From the NCBI GenBank assembly GCA_963754655.1, contig CAVWGN010000001.1, positions 1,024,001 through 1,088,000 on the forward strand: DNA of 64,000 bases. The letters run 5' to 3'. Source of the stretch: an uncultured Chlamydiae bacterium (lineage in GTDB: Bacteria; Chlamydiota; Chlamydiia; Chlamydiales; Parachlamydiaceae). Below the pieces are notes generated by a model, which saw only the letters and a list, made by a program, of their open reading frames with translations, searched no databases and had not been told where the DNA came from. Position numbers and translations under genes: made by a program. Of the stretch, positions 1 through 10,131 are shown piece by piece (the stretch's first letter is position 1; each line of letters starts with the position of its first letter).

Positions 1-578
1 GCAATTAAGATACCCGAAATGGCAGTCGGAATGCGATAAGATTCCAATAAAGGAGAATTGAGAATGGCGGCCAGCTGATTGGCTTGAGCACTTGACCAAG
101 CGGCCATAAGGATAAAACAACCCATGGCATACCACTTAGCGAAAGCAGGGGAGAGGAGATGTGTTAGATATTGCATGGGTCCTCCCATGATGATACCATT
201 CTCTAGTCTTTTACGATATTGAATGCAAAGATTAACCTCCGCATAAGTAGCGGCACTGCCAAAAAAAGCGGTTAAGAGAAATCCTAGTAAGGCACCTGGG
301 CCTCCCAACGAAATGGCAATGATAGGAGCGACAATCGTTGAAATTCCCACTGTCGTAGACATGGCTGTAAAGAGAGCTTTGTGAGGGGGGATTGTGTGGC
401 CACACTCTTTGTGATTCCGATTAAACAGAGACATTCCTAGCATTTTGAAAAGGGAAGGAATAAAACGTAGCTGGACAAAGCGCGTTCTAAAAGAAATAAA
501 GATACTTCCCAATAAAATAAAGAGACAGACGCCAAATAAAATGTAATCCGCTATTGTGGTAATAGCACTTTCAAACAT
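1..578 (-). CDS. Alanine/glycine:cation symporter (AGCS) family protein, runs off the window start
   Basis: Manual translation from ATG at 578 (GAGGAAG RBS upstream): MFESAITTIADYILF...TRFVQLRF...HKALFTAMSTTVGISTIVAPIIAISLGGPGALLGF...GGPMQYL. These are AGCS-type motifs. Confidence 0.85.
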   Translation of the reverse strand, partial: MFESAITTIADYILFGVCLFILLGSIFISFRTRFVQLRFIPSLFKMLGMSLFNRNHKECGHTIPPHKALFTAMSTTVGISTIVAPIIAISLGGPGALLGFLLTAFFGSAATYAEVNLCIQYRKRLENGIIMGGPMQYLTHLLSPAFAKWYAMGCFILMAAWSSAQANQLAAILNSPLLESYRIPTAISGILI

Positions 579-1132
579 AACTTCCTCTTCATTCTTACGA
601 ACTGTTATTAATTAAAATATATTTTTTAAATTTATCATCTGTTTCGCTTGCTTGCAAAAGGGCGAGTTTAAAATAGGTTCGTTTTGGCTTCTAGGCTTAA
701 TTTGCAATGATGAAGATGTCAAATTGTCTGACTCATCTCATTCATTCTAAATGATTAAATTCTAGGGTTGATTGCCAATAAAATAAAAAACTATACAGGG
801 AAATTAATTATTCTGAGAAGCGCAATTAACATTGCGTTGCTGGAAGGAGAGGCGTTGGGAAATGACAGAAACAACATTCTTGTTCGTAAATGAGCTGCGT
901 GACCTTAGGAGTGATAGATACATATAAACCTTCTTAATTAATTTCTATCCTTATCATAAATACAGATTGCGTGAACTCTTTTTAGAGTGAGTCATTGCAA
1001 TAACCTTTATAAAATTATAAAGAAATGAAAATTTTTTTTCCACTATTTTTTTAAAATTTTAGAATAGAAAAGAGATTTTATCAAAAAAGGCTCTTTTTGC
1101 AGAGCCTAATAAAGATGAATCAATCTTGTTAA

Positions 1133-1531
1133 TTAAAATGCGTGATTGGAATTGTGTCCTTCAGATCCTTTATCCTGTTTTTGCCCATTTTGATTTCTCG
1201 CCAGTTCTTTTGCTACACGCTCTCTCGCTTGAGCTTGATAATCGAAGGAATACTTGTGGTCTCTAAAAAATCGATGCGTTTGACAAAAGGTCTTGTTACA
1301 AGCACATTTGGCAAACATAGCTTGAATTTCAGGCAAGCGCTTGGGACATAGCGGATATTCGCATTTCACCTTTGTGCTTATTTTTTTTGGCGGGCTTTGC
1401 ACATTTAGGATGCCACTTTGTGTCAACGCAGTGTTTGTATTTGCTTCTGCTTGTAATTGAGTAGAACCTTGATCTTGATTTTGACTGCGCATTTCGACGG
1501 GAGAAAAAAGCAAAGTTGAATTCAATTGCAT
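1133..1531 (-). CDS. Eukaryote-like AN1-type zinc-finger protein, putative effector
   Basis: C-x4-C...KCACNKTFCQTHRFFRDHKYSFDYQAQARERVAKE resembles the ZFAND5/6 AN1 C-terminus. The N-terminus is S/T/Q/N-rich. Confidence 0.75.
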   Translation of the reverse strand: MQLNSTLLFSPVEMRSQNQDQGSTQLQAEANTNTALTQSGILNVQSPPKKISTKVKCEYPLCPKRLPEIQAMFAKCACNKTFCQTHRFFRDHKYSFDYQAQARERVAKELARNQNGQKQDKGSEGHNSNHAF

Positions 1532-1750
1532 GTTATTTCCTCTGATGTTTATCTATAAAAGTAAAGGTGTTTGAAAATTCGAATGAATCATAGTTAATAG
1601 CCTGAATTAATTTCAAATAGATTCATTATTAACTCACCACGCAAGTGAGGTCGAAGAGTCGGTGAGATCCTCTAAATAACCCAATCGCTTTTATTTGTTT
1701 TATAGTAGGTAGGATTGCTTCATATTTATCATCTAAGGATGATAAGAAAT

Positions 1751-2530
1751 TCAATCTAAAGCTTCAAGCTCTTCAAATACTGCTAAAGCATACTTCTGGC
1801 GATCTTTGCTCATGTAAGGCATTGCTCGGCGCAAATATCCTTCTCGCTGCCATTCCCATCGCTCAGTGTCAATAAAAGCAATTTTGTTCTGATAGGTAAA
1901 TGGCATATTATGCAACATAGAGTCTAAACCTCTAAAATAATACACAACATAGCAAAGCTCCCTCAAAATTTCGAAATCAATAGTGTAATATCTTCTCGCT
2001 ACTTCTCCATCCGGATCTTTGCCTCCTTTACAAATGTCGATTTCTTCTACAATGAGAATGTAAGTTATTTTACCTGTGTTTGAATTTGAGAATCGCTTTG
2101 GCAGAGGATATAACCATTTCTGAGGAACAACAATGTGCTGTAAATGATTGGTTTGAATAAACCGGCTTAAAGCTCTAGCTCCATTAATTCGTCTCAAATA
2201 ATTTCGCAATTGAGAATCTTGTGGAACTTTATCTTGAAATTTTTTAATTAAGCAATTTTTAAGGGCTGGATGCCTTGCAACCATGAGGCCGCGATGGACT
2301 CGATTAATCACCTGAAATCCTGAATCGCTTAACTGAGCGGGTGAGCTGAACATATGAGAATGATCAAAAAGATCTTTTAACTGGTCTTGTAAAGGATGAT
2401 CTGCAGGTAGCAAACATTCTTTTAATTTAAGCTTGGGAACAGAGACTGGAATCACCTCGCTAAATACCGCCGTATAATTTACGAGAAAAAGAAAAAGGAA
2501 GGAAAAATATAATTGCTTTGCTAGGTGCAT
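1751..2530 (-). CDS. Secreted hypothetical protein, atypical kinase-like (paralog of 3580..4401)
   Basis: Signal-peptide-like N-terminus; motifs LIKKF, IVVPQKWLY, D-x4-N (LDSMLHN) and IAFIDTE. Confidence 0.6.
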   Translation of the reverse strand: MHLAKQLYFSFLFLFLVNYTAVFSEVIPVSVPKLKLKECLLPADHPLQDQLKDLFDHSHMFSSPAQLSDSGFQVINRVHRGLMVARHPALKNCLIKKFQDKVPQDSQLRNYLRRINGARALSRFIQTNHLQHIVVPQKWLYPLPKRFSNSNTGKITYILIVEEIDICKGGKDPDGEVARRYYTIDFEILRELCYVVYYFRGLDSMLHNMPFTYQNKIAFIDTERWEWQREGYLRRAMPYMSKDRQKYALAVFEELEALD

Positions 2531-2600
2531 TAAAGTCGCCCCTATTTAAAATTTAGAAGATAAACTCTCGCACATTGCTTAGAGATCCTGATCAAACTAA

Positions 2601-3471
2601 TACTCGTTTACATTAGTTTTACGTATTTAGACTACTTCAAAGCCCGGGTTGGGATGAGATGATTCTCTTGTAGTCCTTCAGACTACATGACGAAGGCTAA
2701 TCTAACTCAGGACTAGGGTGTTCATTTTGTGCAAAAAATGAGCTTTATTTTTCACAATAATTGGCATAGTTGAATTGAAGGTCGCATGTTTATGCCGTCC
2801 TTTCAGGACTCGATGTCTTTTTGATAGAACCCAGGCCTCCGCTTCGCTGCGACCTGGGCTGTAACATGACGGCCCTTCAGGCCTTAACAAAAGCCTATTT
2901 AGGGACTATAGAAGAGGGACTTAAACATCTCTTGTTAAGGCCTGAAGGGCCGTCATGTTACAGCCCAGGTCGCAGCGAAGCGGAGGCCTGGGTTCTATCA
3001 AAAAGACATCGAGTCCTGAAAGGACAGCATAAACATGCGACCTTCAATTCAACTTTTGTTAAGGCCTGAAGGGCCGTCATGTTACAGCCCAGGTCGCAGC
3101 GAAGCGGAGGCCTGGGTTCTATCAAAAAGACATCGAGTCCTGAAAGGACGGCATAAACATGCGACCTTCAATTCAACTTTTGTTAAGGCCTGAAGGGCCG
3201 TCATGTTACAGCCCAGGTCGCAGCGAAGCGGAGGCCTGGGTTCTATCAAAAAGACATCGAGTCCTGAAAGGACGGCATAAACATGCGACCTTCAATTCAA
3301 CTATGCCAATTATTGTGAAAAATAAAGCTCATTTTTTGCACAAAATGAACACCCTAGTCCTGGGTTAGATTACCCCTCTTTATGTAGTCTGAAGGACTAC
3401 AAGAGAATCATCTCATCCCAACCCCGGGCTTTGAAGCAATCCCAATAGGCTAAAACTCATGTAATGGAGTA
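2601..3471. mobile_element. Large palindromic REP/MITE composite with three 124-bp tandem units
   Basis: Termini TACTCGTTTACATTAG...CATGTAATGGAGTA, flanked by CTAA/CTAG. Arms are mirrored. One inverted core plus direct cores start at about 2932, 3056 and 3180. Confidence 0.85.
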
Positions 3472-3579
3472 CTAGATTAAGCAAAGCCTAAGATATTATA
3501 TGAATGAAAAATTCTTGATAAGCAAAATGGTTAACTTATAAGTTTAGCTTAGCGTAAAAACTCATGAAAATAAAAGAGA

Positions 3580-4401
3580 ATGAAAATGACTATACTTTTA
3601 CATATTCGCACCAAGCGTTTAATTTTTTCCTTTCTTACGTTTTGGGTAATTTCTTATGGGCATTTGCCTGCTCATGAGGAATTTATTAAAGCTCAAGGAA
3701 AAACACATCCAATCAATCCACAATCTTTACATTCTTATTTACTTCCCCAAGATCATCCTTTACAGAGTGAACTTAGAGCGCTCTTTTATGATCGTCTCAT
3801 GTTTAAATCAGCCCAACATTTTAAAAAAGCAGGATTTAAGGTTAAACTTGGCCATCGCCATCTTATGGTTGGTTCACATCCAACTATTCCTTATTACCTC
3901 ATCAAGAAATTTTCTGATCAACGTTCGCAACCCGTGCAATTAGAGAATTATATTCAACGCATTGAAGGAGCTAGGGTGCTAAGGGAATTTATTAAGGAAC
4001 ATCATTTTCAACATCTGGTTGTTCCTGAAAAATGGCTTTACAAACTTCCAACTTTTTTTCCCAAGCAATCTTATGTTTTAGTTGTGGAAAAAATGAATAT
4101 TTATGATTGGAATGATCCTAGCGGAGAGGCAAAAAGACTCTATTACAATATGGATATAGAAGTCTTAACCGAACTGTGCACAATTTTACATGATGTAGGA
4201 GGATGCGATGCGTTCCCGCGTAATCAACCTTTTACTCATGCGGGAAAAATTGCTTTTGTCGATACAGAGCATGTAGGCAAATACAAAGGACATTTTCACA
4301 AGCATATTATTCCAGCCCTTAATAAAGAGCTGCAGGCTTATGCCATTGCGTTATGGGAGAAACTCGAAGAGGAAGAAAGGGCGAGAAAATCATTTCATTA
4401 G
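3580..4401 (+). CDS. Secreted hypothetical protein, atypical kinase-like (paralog of 1751..2530)
   Basis: Hydrophobic N-terminus; motifs LIKKF, LVVPEKWLY, CDAFPRN and IAFVDTE. Confidence 0.6.
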   Translation: MKMTILLHIRTKRLIFSFLTFWVISYGHLPAHEEFIKAQGKTHPINPQSLHSYLLPQDHPLQSELRALFYDRLMFKSAQHFKKAGFKVKLGHRHLMVGSHPTIPYYLIKKFSDQRSQPVQLENYIQRIEGARVLREFIKEHHFQHLVVPEKWLYKLPTFFPKQSYVLVVEKMNIYDWNDPSGEAKRLYYNMDIEVLTELCTILHDVGGCDAFPRNQPFTHAGKIAFVDTEHVGKYKGHFHKHIIPALNKELQAYAIALWEKLEEEERARKSFH

Positions 4402-4548
4402 GAGACCTTTCAAAAAACCATTAAGCCCTATCTGAAAAATATTTAGCGACTTAAACCATGGGCTAACATCGCTAAATATTTTCAGTCTCTAATGCAAAAA
4501 ACCAGTATCTTAGACAATCAGCAGAGAAAAAGCACTTGTCTCTTAATG

Positions 4549-5454
4549 CTATAAGGGATGAATAGGAAAACGCTTCTGTCTCAAATAAGTATGAAAGGAG
4601 ACAAAATGATAGCCTTTGCTCTTGAATTTATTGATGTGCTCTAAATCCGGGCTATTAGTCCATTTTAGTTCATGCAAGGCAACTTGACTTGTATGATTAA
4701 GCGCAAAATTATAATAGATTTCATATTCGGAAGCCCCTTTGTTAGCCTTAAGATCCACGCATAAACAAAAAGCTACCCAGAATTCAGTTTGATGATGTTG
4801 TTCCACTGTAGAAAACAAGTGTTCTAAGATTGGTTTTTGAAAGAGCATATGATGACAGACACTATACACTTTAGGATAGATTCTCTTATAGTCGGGCACT
4901 AATCTTTTTGCATGCGCAAAGTAATGCCTTTTGGGTTCGGTCTGATCACGGCTAATACAAAAGAGTCCCCCATTAGACTGATTTAAAAACTTAACAGGAT
5001 TCATAAAAATTGTATCTGAATCTAGGATTAATACATTAGAAGAAATATTAGGAATGAGAAAAGGGGAATACAATTTCAGAAGTTGCTGAAAGTACCATCC
5101 GGGCGACCGATGGTTGTTTCGAAAAAAACTTTCTCGCTTTGTTTTATCTCCTCTTACAATAGTCGCTGCAATATCTTCTTTACTAAAAGGAAATTTGTTT
5201 TCATCAAACCATTCTGCTTTATCTGTAAGCTTTTGGGAAGAAACAACAATGACACGTCTTATATGACTGCAGTTTTCTCGAATTCCATCAATGCAAAGAT
5301 CGAGCGTTGCGGTGTCTTTAGGATGAGTCACAATTACAACATCAATTAGATCGTCTACAAGATCATAATGCATTTTATTTAATTTACTATTCTCACCATG
5401 TAGACATAAATTCAGACATAAAAAGCATAAAAATAGAAACAAACGAAAAATCAT
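4549..5454 (-). CDS. DUF6492/GT-A-like glycosyltransferase with signal peptide
   Basis: IDVVIVTHPKD, GWYFQQLLKL, LILDSDTIF (DxD motif), SEYEIY. Confidence 0.65.
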   Translation of the reverse strand: MIFRLFLFLCFLCLNLCLHGENSKLNKMHYDLVDDLIDVVIVTHPKDTATLDLCIDGIRENCSHIRRVIVVSSQKLTDKAEWFDENKFPFSKEDIAATIVRGDKTKRESFFRNNHRSPGWYFQQLLKLYSPFLIPNISSNVLILDSDTIFMNPVKFLNQSNGGLFCISRDQTEPKRHYFAHAKRLVPDYKRIYPKVYSVCHHMLFQKPILEHLFSTVEQHHQTEFWVAFCLCVDLKANKGASEYEIYYNFALNHTSQVALHELKWTNSPDLEHINKFKSKGYHFVSFHTYLRQKRFPIHPL

Positions 5455-5560
5455 GATTTTCTCTTTTGAGTGAAGGATATAGGGTTAAAAATCTATCTTC
5501 TTTAATTAAATAACAAACCAACTGCTTAGAATTTAAGATCATGCCTGGCTATATTCTAGG

Positions 5561-5680
5561 TCACTTTCCTTTCATATAGGTGTGAAAGGTAACAAAATGA
5601 TAGCTTGTCTTTGGAAGAGACTTGCTTATTGATCTAGGCATACACTTATAGATATAATAAATTTCGTATTCTAAAGCTTC
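5561..5680 (-). pseudogene. Degraded C-terminal remnant of a paralog of 4549..5454
   Basis: Reads EALEYEIYY...YHFVTFHTYMKGK*, against GASEYEIYY...YHFVSFHTYLRQK in the intact gene. Confidence 0.6.
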
Positions 5681-5876
5681 TTTTTTTTTGAGATGATATT
5701 TAAAATGGTTATTTTAAAATTTATCTTATATCTGTCTCTCAAGCGAAAAGCTAATTATTTAGTAATTGTAATATTTTAAAAAATTCCGCAAACTACGGCT
5801 TTATACGGAGTGAAGGCAAAAATTGAATGAGAATTGTTGATGGATGTCAAGATTCTCATGAGCAAAGGAATTAGGC

Positions 5877-6518
5877 ATGTTTTTTCAAGATCGAAGAGAG
5901 GCTGGACGTTTGCTTGCTGCGAAGCTCAACCAATATAAAGGCAATAAAGACGTTTCGATTGTGGGCTTGGCTCGTGGGGGTGTTGTCATTGCTTGTGAAG
6001 TAGCAAAAGAATTAGCCCTTCCCCTCAATGTTGTGACTCCTCGAAAAATTGGAGCTCCCGACAATCCTGAGCTTGCTCTAGGATCTATTATGGAAAATGG
6101 AGAGGGTGTTTTTAATCAATCCATTATTCGTCTTTTAGGTGTGTCTCCAAAGGATATTGCAAAGGAAGTTGAAAAGGAAAAAGAGCGAGCTCAGCAACGT
6201 TTTGCTTTGTATCGTCAATATGCTCCTTCGCTAGATATCAAAAATCACACCGTGATTTTGGTTGATGATGGGATAGCAACAGGATCTACCATGCTTACAG
6301 TAGTGAAAGCAATGTATTCAAGAGGGGCGCAGCGCATTGTAGTAGCTGCACCTGTATCCTCTTCGGAAGCTTATCAATTGCTAGAAGAAGCGGCTGATGA
6401 AGTTGTTTGCTTGCATGTCAGAGAAGATTTTATTAGTGTAGGGATGTACTATCGCCATTTTGATCAAACAGAAGATGAAGAGGTTATTCAATTACTTAAA
6501 GAGGCAAATCAATCATGA
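5877..6518 (+). CDS. Phosphoribosyltransferase family protein
   Basis: FQDRREAG, GLARGGV, VILVDDGIATGST (PRPP-binding loop). Confidence 0.9.
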   Translation: MFFQDRREAGRLLAAKLNQYKGNKDVSIVGLARGGVVIACEVAKELALPLNVVTPRKIGAPDNPELALGSIMENGEGVFNQSIIRLLGVSPKDIAKEVEKEKERAQQRFALYRQYAPSLDIKNHTVILVDDGIATGSTMLTVVKAMYSRGAQRIVVAAPVSSSEAYQLLEEAADEVVCLHVREDFISVGMYYRHFDQTEDEEVIQLLKEANQS

Positions 6519-7180
6519 AAGTGCAATCAGTGGAACAAGTTGTGCACATCCCCATTGGTAAGATCGAACTTGAGGGTGAATTAATGATTCCAGTAGATGC
6601 CAAAGGAATTGTGTTATTTGTGCATGGCAGCGGAAGCAGTCGCTTTAGTCCACGCAATCAATTTGTTGCGCGATTTTTGCGAGGAAAACAGTTAGGGACG
6701 CTTCTGATCGATCTCTTGACAGAGGAAGAAGAGAAAATTGATCGATTGACAAGGGAAATTCGATTTGACATTGAATTACTTACCAATCGCTTGTTAGGGA
6801 TAACACAATGGTTGAGGCAAGACTCTAGGACCAAATCTTTTTATATTGGTTATTTTGGATCCAGCACAGGAGCGGCGGCGGCATTAATTGCTGCAGCAAA
6901 ATTAGGAAAGACTGTTTCAGCAGTCGTGTCTAGGGGAGGGCGCCCTGATTTAGCCGACCCATTTTTAGCGCAAGTGCAAGTTCCTACTTTATTCATTGTT
7001 GGCGGGGCTGATACAGGGGTCATTGAACTTAATCAAGAAGCCTATACGATGCTAAATGGAATTAAAAAATTGGAAATTGTTCCTCTTGCCACTCATTTAT
7101 TTGAAGAGCCTGGTGCTTTAGAACAAGTGGCTAACTTAGCGAGTCAATGGTTTACAAAATATTTAGCAAATCATTTATGA
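6515..7180 (+). CDS. Dienelactone hydrolase / alpha-beta hydrolase
   Basis: HGSGSSRFSPRN, GYFGSSTGAA, SRGGRPDL, ATHLFEEPG. ATGA overlap with the upstream gene. Confidence 0.88.
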   Translation: MKVQSVEQVVHIPIGKIELEGELMIPVDAKGIVLFVHGSGSSRFSPRNQFVARFLRGKQLGTLLIDLLTEEEEKIDRLTREIRFDIELLTNRLLGITQWLRQDSRTKSFYIGYFGSSTGAAAALIAAAKLGKTVSAVVSRGGRPDLADPFLAQVQVPTLFIVGGADTGVIELNQEAYTMLNGIKKLEIVPLATHLFEEPGALEQVANLASQWFTKYLANHL

Positions 7181-8091
7181 CAGCAACGCCTCTCTTATTT
7201 AGTGGATCTTCCCATCCTCATTTAGCTCATGAAATCATTACCTGTCTGGGAACTTCCCTTGGAAAGCGAAATTTGCGATTGTTTCCTGATCGCGAGATTG
7301 TGGTCGAAATCCTAGAGTCCGTTCAAGGGCGCGATATTTGTGTGCTTCAATCACTTGGTGAAAAGCCCAATCTCTACCTCATGGAGTTATTTCTGATTTT
7401 AGATGCTTTAAAAAGAGCATCTGCGGCTTCTATTACGGTGATCCTCCCTTACTTTGCCTATGCTCGACAAGATCGATTAGACAAGCCTGGTGTGCCGATA
7501 TCTGCTAAACTAGTTGCCAATCTTTTGACACAAGCTGGGGCAGATCATTTGATTACGATGGATCTTCACTCTGAACAAATTGAAGGATTTTTTGATATTC
7601 CTGTGCATCATTTGTTAAGCCGCACTCTTTTGATCCCTTATTGTGCATCGCTAGAATTGGAGGATGTGGTAATCGTGGCTCCTGATAAAGGAGGAATTAA
7701 AATTGCAAGTGCTTATGCCAGAGAATTAGAGGCTCCTATTGCTTTAATTGATAAAGAACGCATTGATTCTTTTCAGGTGGAAATGCGCTTATTTATTGGG
7801 AATGTCAACAGAAAAACTGTTTTGCTGCCTGATGATATGTGTTCAACAGCAGGAACATTGGTCAATGCTGCTCATGTATGTGCTGAACAAGGGGCTAAGC
7901 GCATCATTGCCGTGGTTGGACATGGATTATTTATTGATAATGCTTTAGAGAAAATTGAGAAGAGTTCCATTGAAATGGTGGTGACTACAAATAGTATTTC
8001 CATTCCTGATCATATACGCACACATCCAAAAATTCGTGTCGTTTCCATTGCTCCTTTATTGGCAAAAGCCATTCATTCCAAAGTGTTTTAG
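7177..8091 (+). CDS. prs: Ribose-phosphate pyrophosphokinase
   Basis: PYFAYARQDR, DLHSEQIEGFF, VAPDKGG, DDMCSTAGTL. Start moved to the ATGA overlap at 7177. Confidence 0.92.
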   Translation: MTATPLLFSGSSHPHLAHEIITCLGTSLGKRNLRLFPDREIVVEILESVQGRDICVLQSLGEKPNLYLMELFLILDALKRASAASITVILPYFAYARQDRLDKPGVPISAKLVANLLTQAGADHLITMDLHSEQIEGFFDIPVHHLLSRTLLIPYCASLELEDVVIVAPDKGGIKIASAYARELEAPIALIDKERIDSFQVEMRLFIGNVNRKTVLLPDDMCSTAGTLVNAAHVCAEQGAKRIIAVVGHGLFIDNALEKIEKSSIEMVVTTNSISIPDHIRTHPKIRVVSIAPLLAKAIHSKVF

Positions 8092-8317
8092 TTTCCGCGT
8101 CTAAAGACCTGATAAAACTAAATATCACCTTTTACAAGCAATCTAAATGTTTTATCTCCTTCATTAAGCCGTCTAACTAGAAACCGGCACTTTCTCATTT
8201 ATTTTAGCACTGTATTATTAGTTTGTTGATTTGTAATATTCAATATTATATCATGAAAAAATAATATTAATTTTATTTGTTTAACATAAAAATTAAAAAC
8301 TTTATTAAGGAATAGTT

Positions 8318-10102
8318 ATGCAAATTAACAAATTTTCAGAGACGGTGCAAAACAATTCAAACGAAAACTTGCTGGATAACTTAATTCCTAATGAAGTAGT
8401 AGGAGTGATTTTTGATCAAGTTATCAATCAAAGCCAATCTTTAAGAAGTATTTCTTCTATTTTACTGACTTGTAAAAAATGGAAAAGTATTCTTGAGAGG
8501 AACTTTTGTATTTCATTGGCGCAGGCATTTTTTCAACTTAAAAAGAAGCCTCCCTTCAAGATTACGTTTCCCCAATGTATCATAACTGATCAAAAGAATC
8601 AGCTTACCTCTGCGGAACTTAACTTGATTGATCGAGCCTTCAGTAAACAGCGTATCAGTTTTGAAAGGCTTTTAAATTGTGATACAAATTTATTTCAGCC
8701 GAAGTGTTTATCTCTTTCTCTTTTGAAGTTCTATTTATGGCATCCTGAAGCTTGTAAAGAAAGCGCCAATGAAAATATCCGACAGATAGCCAAAGAGCAA
8801 TTACAGATTTTAAGCTCTCTTACATCAGGCACTGATGATCAAAGACTGAGCGCGATCAAAGACTTTATCGGAAAACTTTACAGTGGTGGTCGAAATTTAA
8901 CATGGCCGCAGGAAAAAATATCTGTTGTCTCTACACTAAAAAATCTTTCCAATTTTAACGATAAAAACATTCTCATGCAAGTGATTCGGTATTTTGGAAG
9001 TGCTGTTTTTGATATACATGAAAGCCTTAAAAAAGATCGAGAAATTGTCTTAGCGGTCATTCAGCAAGATGGCTATGCTCTTCAATATGCAGATGATAGC
9101 CTTAAAAAAGATCGAGAAGTTGTCTTGGCTGCCGTTAAGCAAAATGGTAACGCTCTTCGTTTTGCAGATGAAAATCTTAAAAAAGATCGAGACATTGTGT
9201 TGGTTGCCGTTCAGCAATCTGGCAGAGCTCTTCAATATGCAGATGAAAGCCTTAAAAAAGATCGAGAGATTGTCTGGGTTGCCCTTCAGCAAAATGGCAA
9301 AGCTCTTGGATATGCAGATGAAAGCCTTAAAAAAGATCGAGACATTGTCTTGGTTGCGATTACTCAAGATGGCCAGGCTATTGAATTTGCAGATGAAAGC
9401 CTTAAAAAAGATCGAGAGATTGTCTTGGCTGCCGTTAAGCAAGATGGCTATAATCTTCACTATGCAGATGAAACCTTTAAAAAAGACCGAGAGTTTGTTT
9501 TGGCTGTTGTTCAGCAAAATGGCAATGCTCTTCTCTATGCAGATGAAAGTCTTAAACAAGATCGCGAAATTGTCTTGGCTGCTATTAAGCAAGATGGCAC
9601 TGCTCTTCTTTATGCAAATGAAAGCTTTAAACAAGATCGCGAAATTGTCTTGACTGCTGTTAAGCAAAATGGCTGTGCTCTTGTCTATGCAGTTAAAGGC
9701 CTTAAAAAAGATCGAGAAATTGTCTCAGCTAGCTTACAACAAAATTACGCATTTTTTGAATTTGCAGACGAAAGCCTTAAAAAAGATCGTGCAATTGTTT
9801 TGGTTGCCGTTCAGCAAAGTGGTTATGCTCTTAGATTTGCAGATAAGAGCTTTCAAAAAGATCGAGAGATTGTCTTGGCTGCCGTTAAGCAATATGGCTT
9901 AGCTCTTGAATTTGCAGATGAAAGCCTTAAAAAAGATCAAGAGATTGTTTTGACTGCCGTTAAGCAAGAGGGTATGGCTCTTCAATTTGCAGATGAAAGC
10001 CTTAGAAAAGATCAAGAGATTGTTTTGGCTGCCTTTCAGCAAGATCCAAAAGCTCTTAAATATGCAGATGAAAGTCTAAAAAAGATCGACAGATTGTCTT
10101 GA
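8318..10102 (+). CDS. F-box-like + DUF4116 repeat protein (array 1, copy 1; 14 repeats)
   Basis: LIPNEVVGVIFDQV...SILLTCKKWKSI F-box-like motif; 25-aa repeats KKDREIVLAAVKQNGxALxYADESL. Confidence 0.85.
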   Translation: MQINKFSETVQNNSNENLLDNLIPNEVVGVIFDQVINQSQSLRSISSILLTCKKWKSILERNFCISLAQAFFQLKKKPPFKITFPQCIITDQKNQLTSAELNLIDRAFSKQRISFERLLNCDTNLFQPKCLSLSLLKFYLWHPEACKESANENIRQIAKEQLQILSSLTSGTDDQRLSAIKDFIGKLYSGGRNLTWPQEKISVVSTLKNLSNFNDKNILMQVIRYFGSAVFDIHESLKKDREIVLAVIQQDGYALQYADDSLKKDREVVLAAVKQNGNALRFADENLKKDRDIVLVAVQQSGRALQYADESLKKDREIVWVALQQNGKALGYADESLKKDRDIVLVAITQDGQAIEFADESLKKDREIVLAAVKQDGYNLHYADETFKKDREFVLAVVQQNGNALLYADESLKQDREIVLAAIKQDGTALLYANESFKQDREIVLTAVKQNGCALVYAVKGLKKDREIVSASLQQNYAFFEFADESLKKDRAIVLVAVQQSGYALRFADKSFQKDREIVLAAVKQYGLALEFADESLKKDQEIVLTAVKQEGMALQFADESLRKDQEIVLAAFQQDPKALKYADESLKKIDRLS

Positions 10103-10107
10103 TTATA

Positions 10108-10131
10108 AGGCCCAGCTATCTTGCTGGGCCT
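10108..10131 (+). terminator. Hairpin after each array-1 gene (also ~13182, ~15755, ~18171, ~23543)
   Basis: AGGCCCAGC-TATCTT-GCTGGGCCT inverted repeat just after the stop codon. The U-tract is weak. Confidence 0.55.

Noticed and set aside
1633..1705. Short segment similar to 18312-18383
   Set aside because: Probably a decayed end of the repeat family; too short to define as an element.
2932..3300. Possible CRISPR array
   Set aside because: The 124-bp units are nearly identical throughout, with no unique spacers and no cas genes.
2702..3368. Short ORFs 'MLRPEGPSCYSPGRSEAEAW...' (also 18540, 27217)
   Set aside because: They are translations of the palindromic repeat, with no RBS and inconsistent ends.
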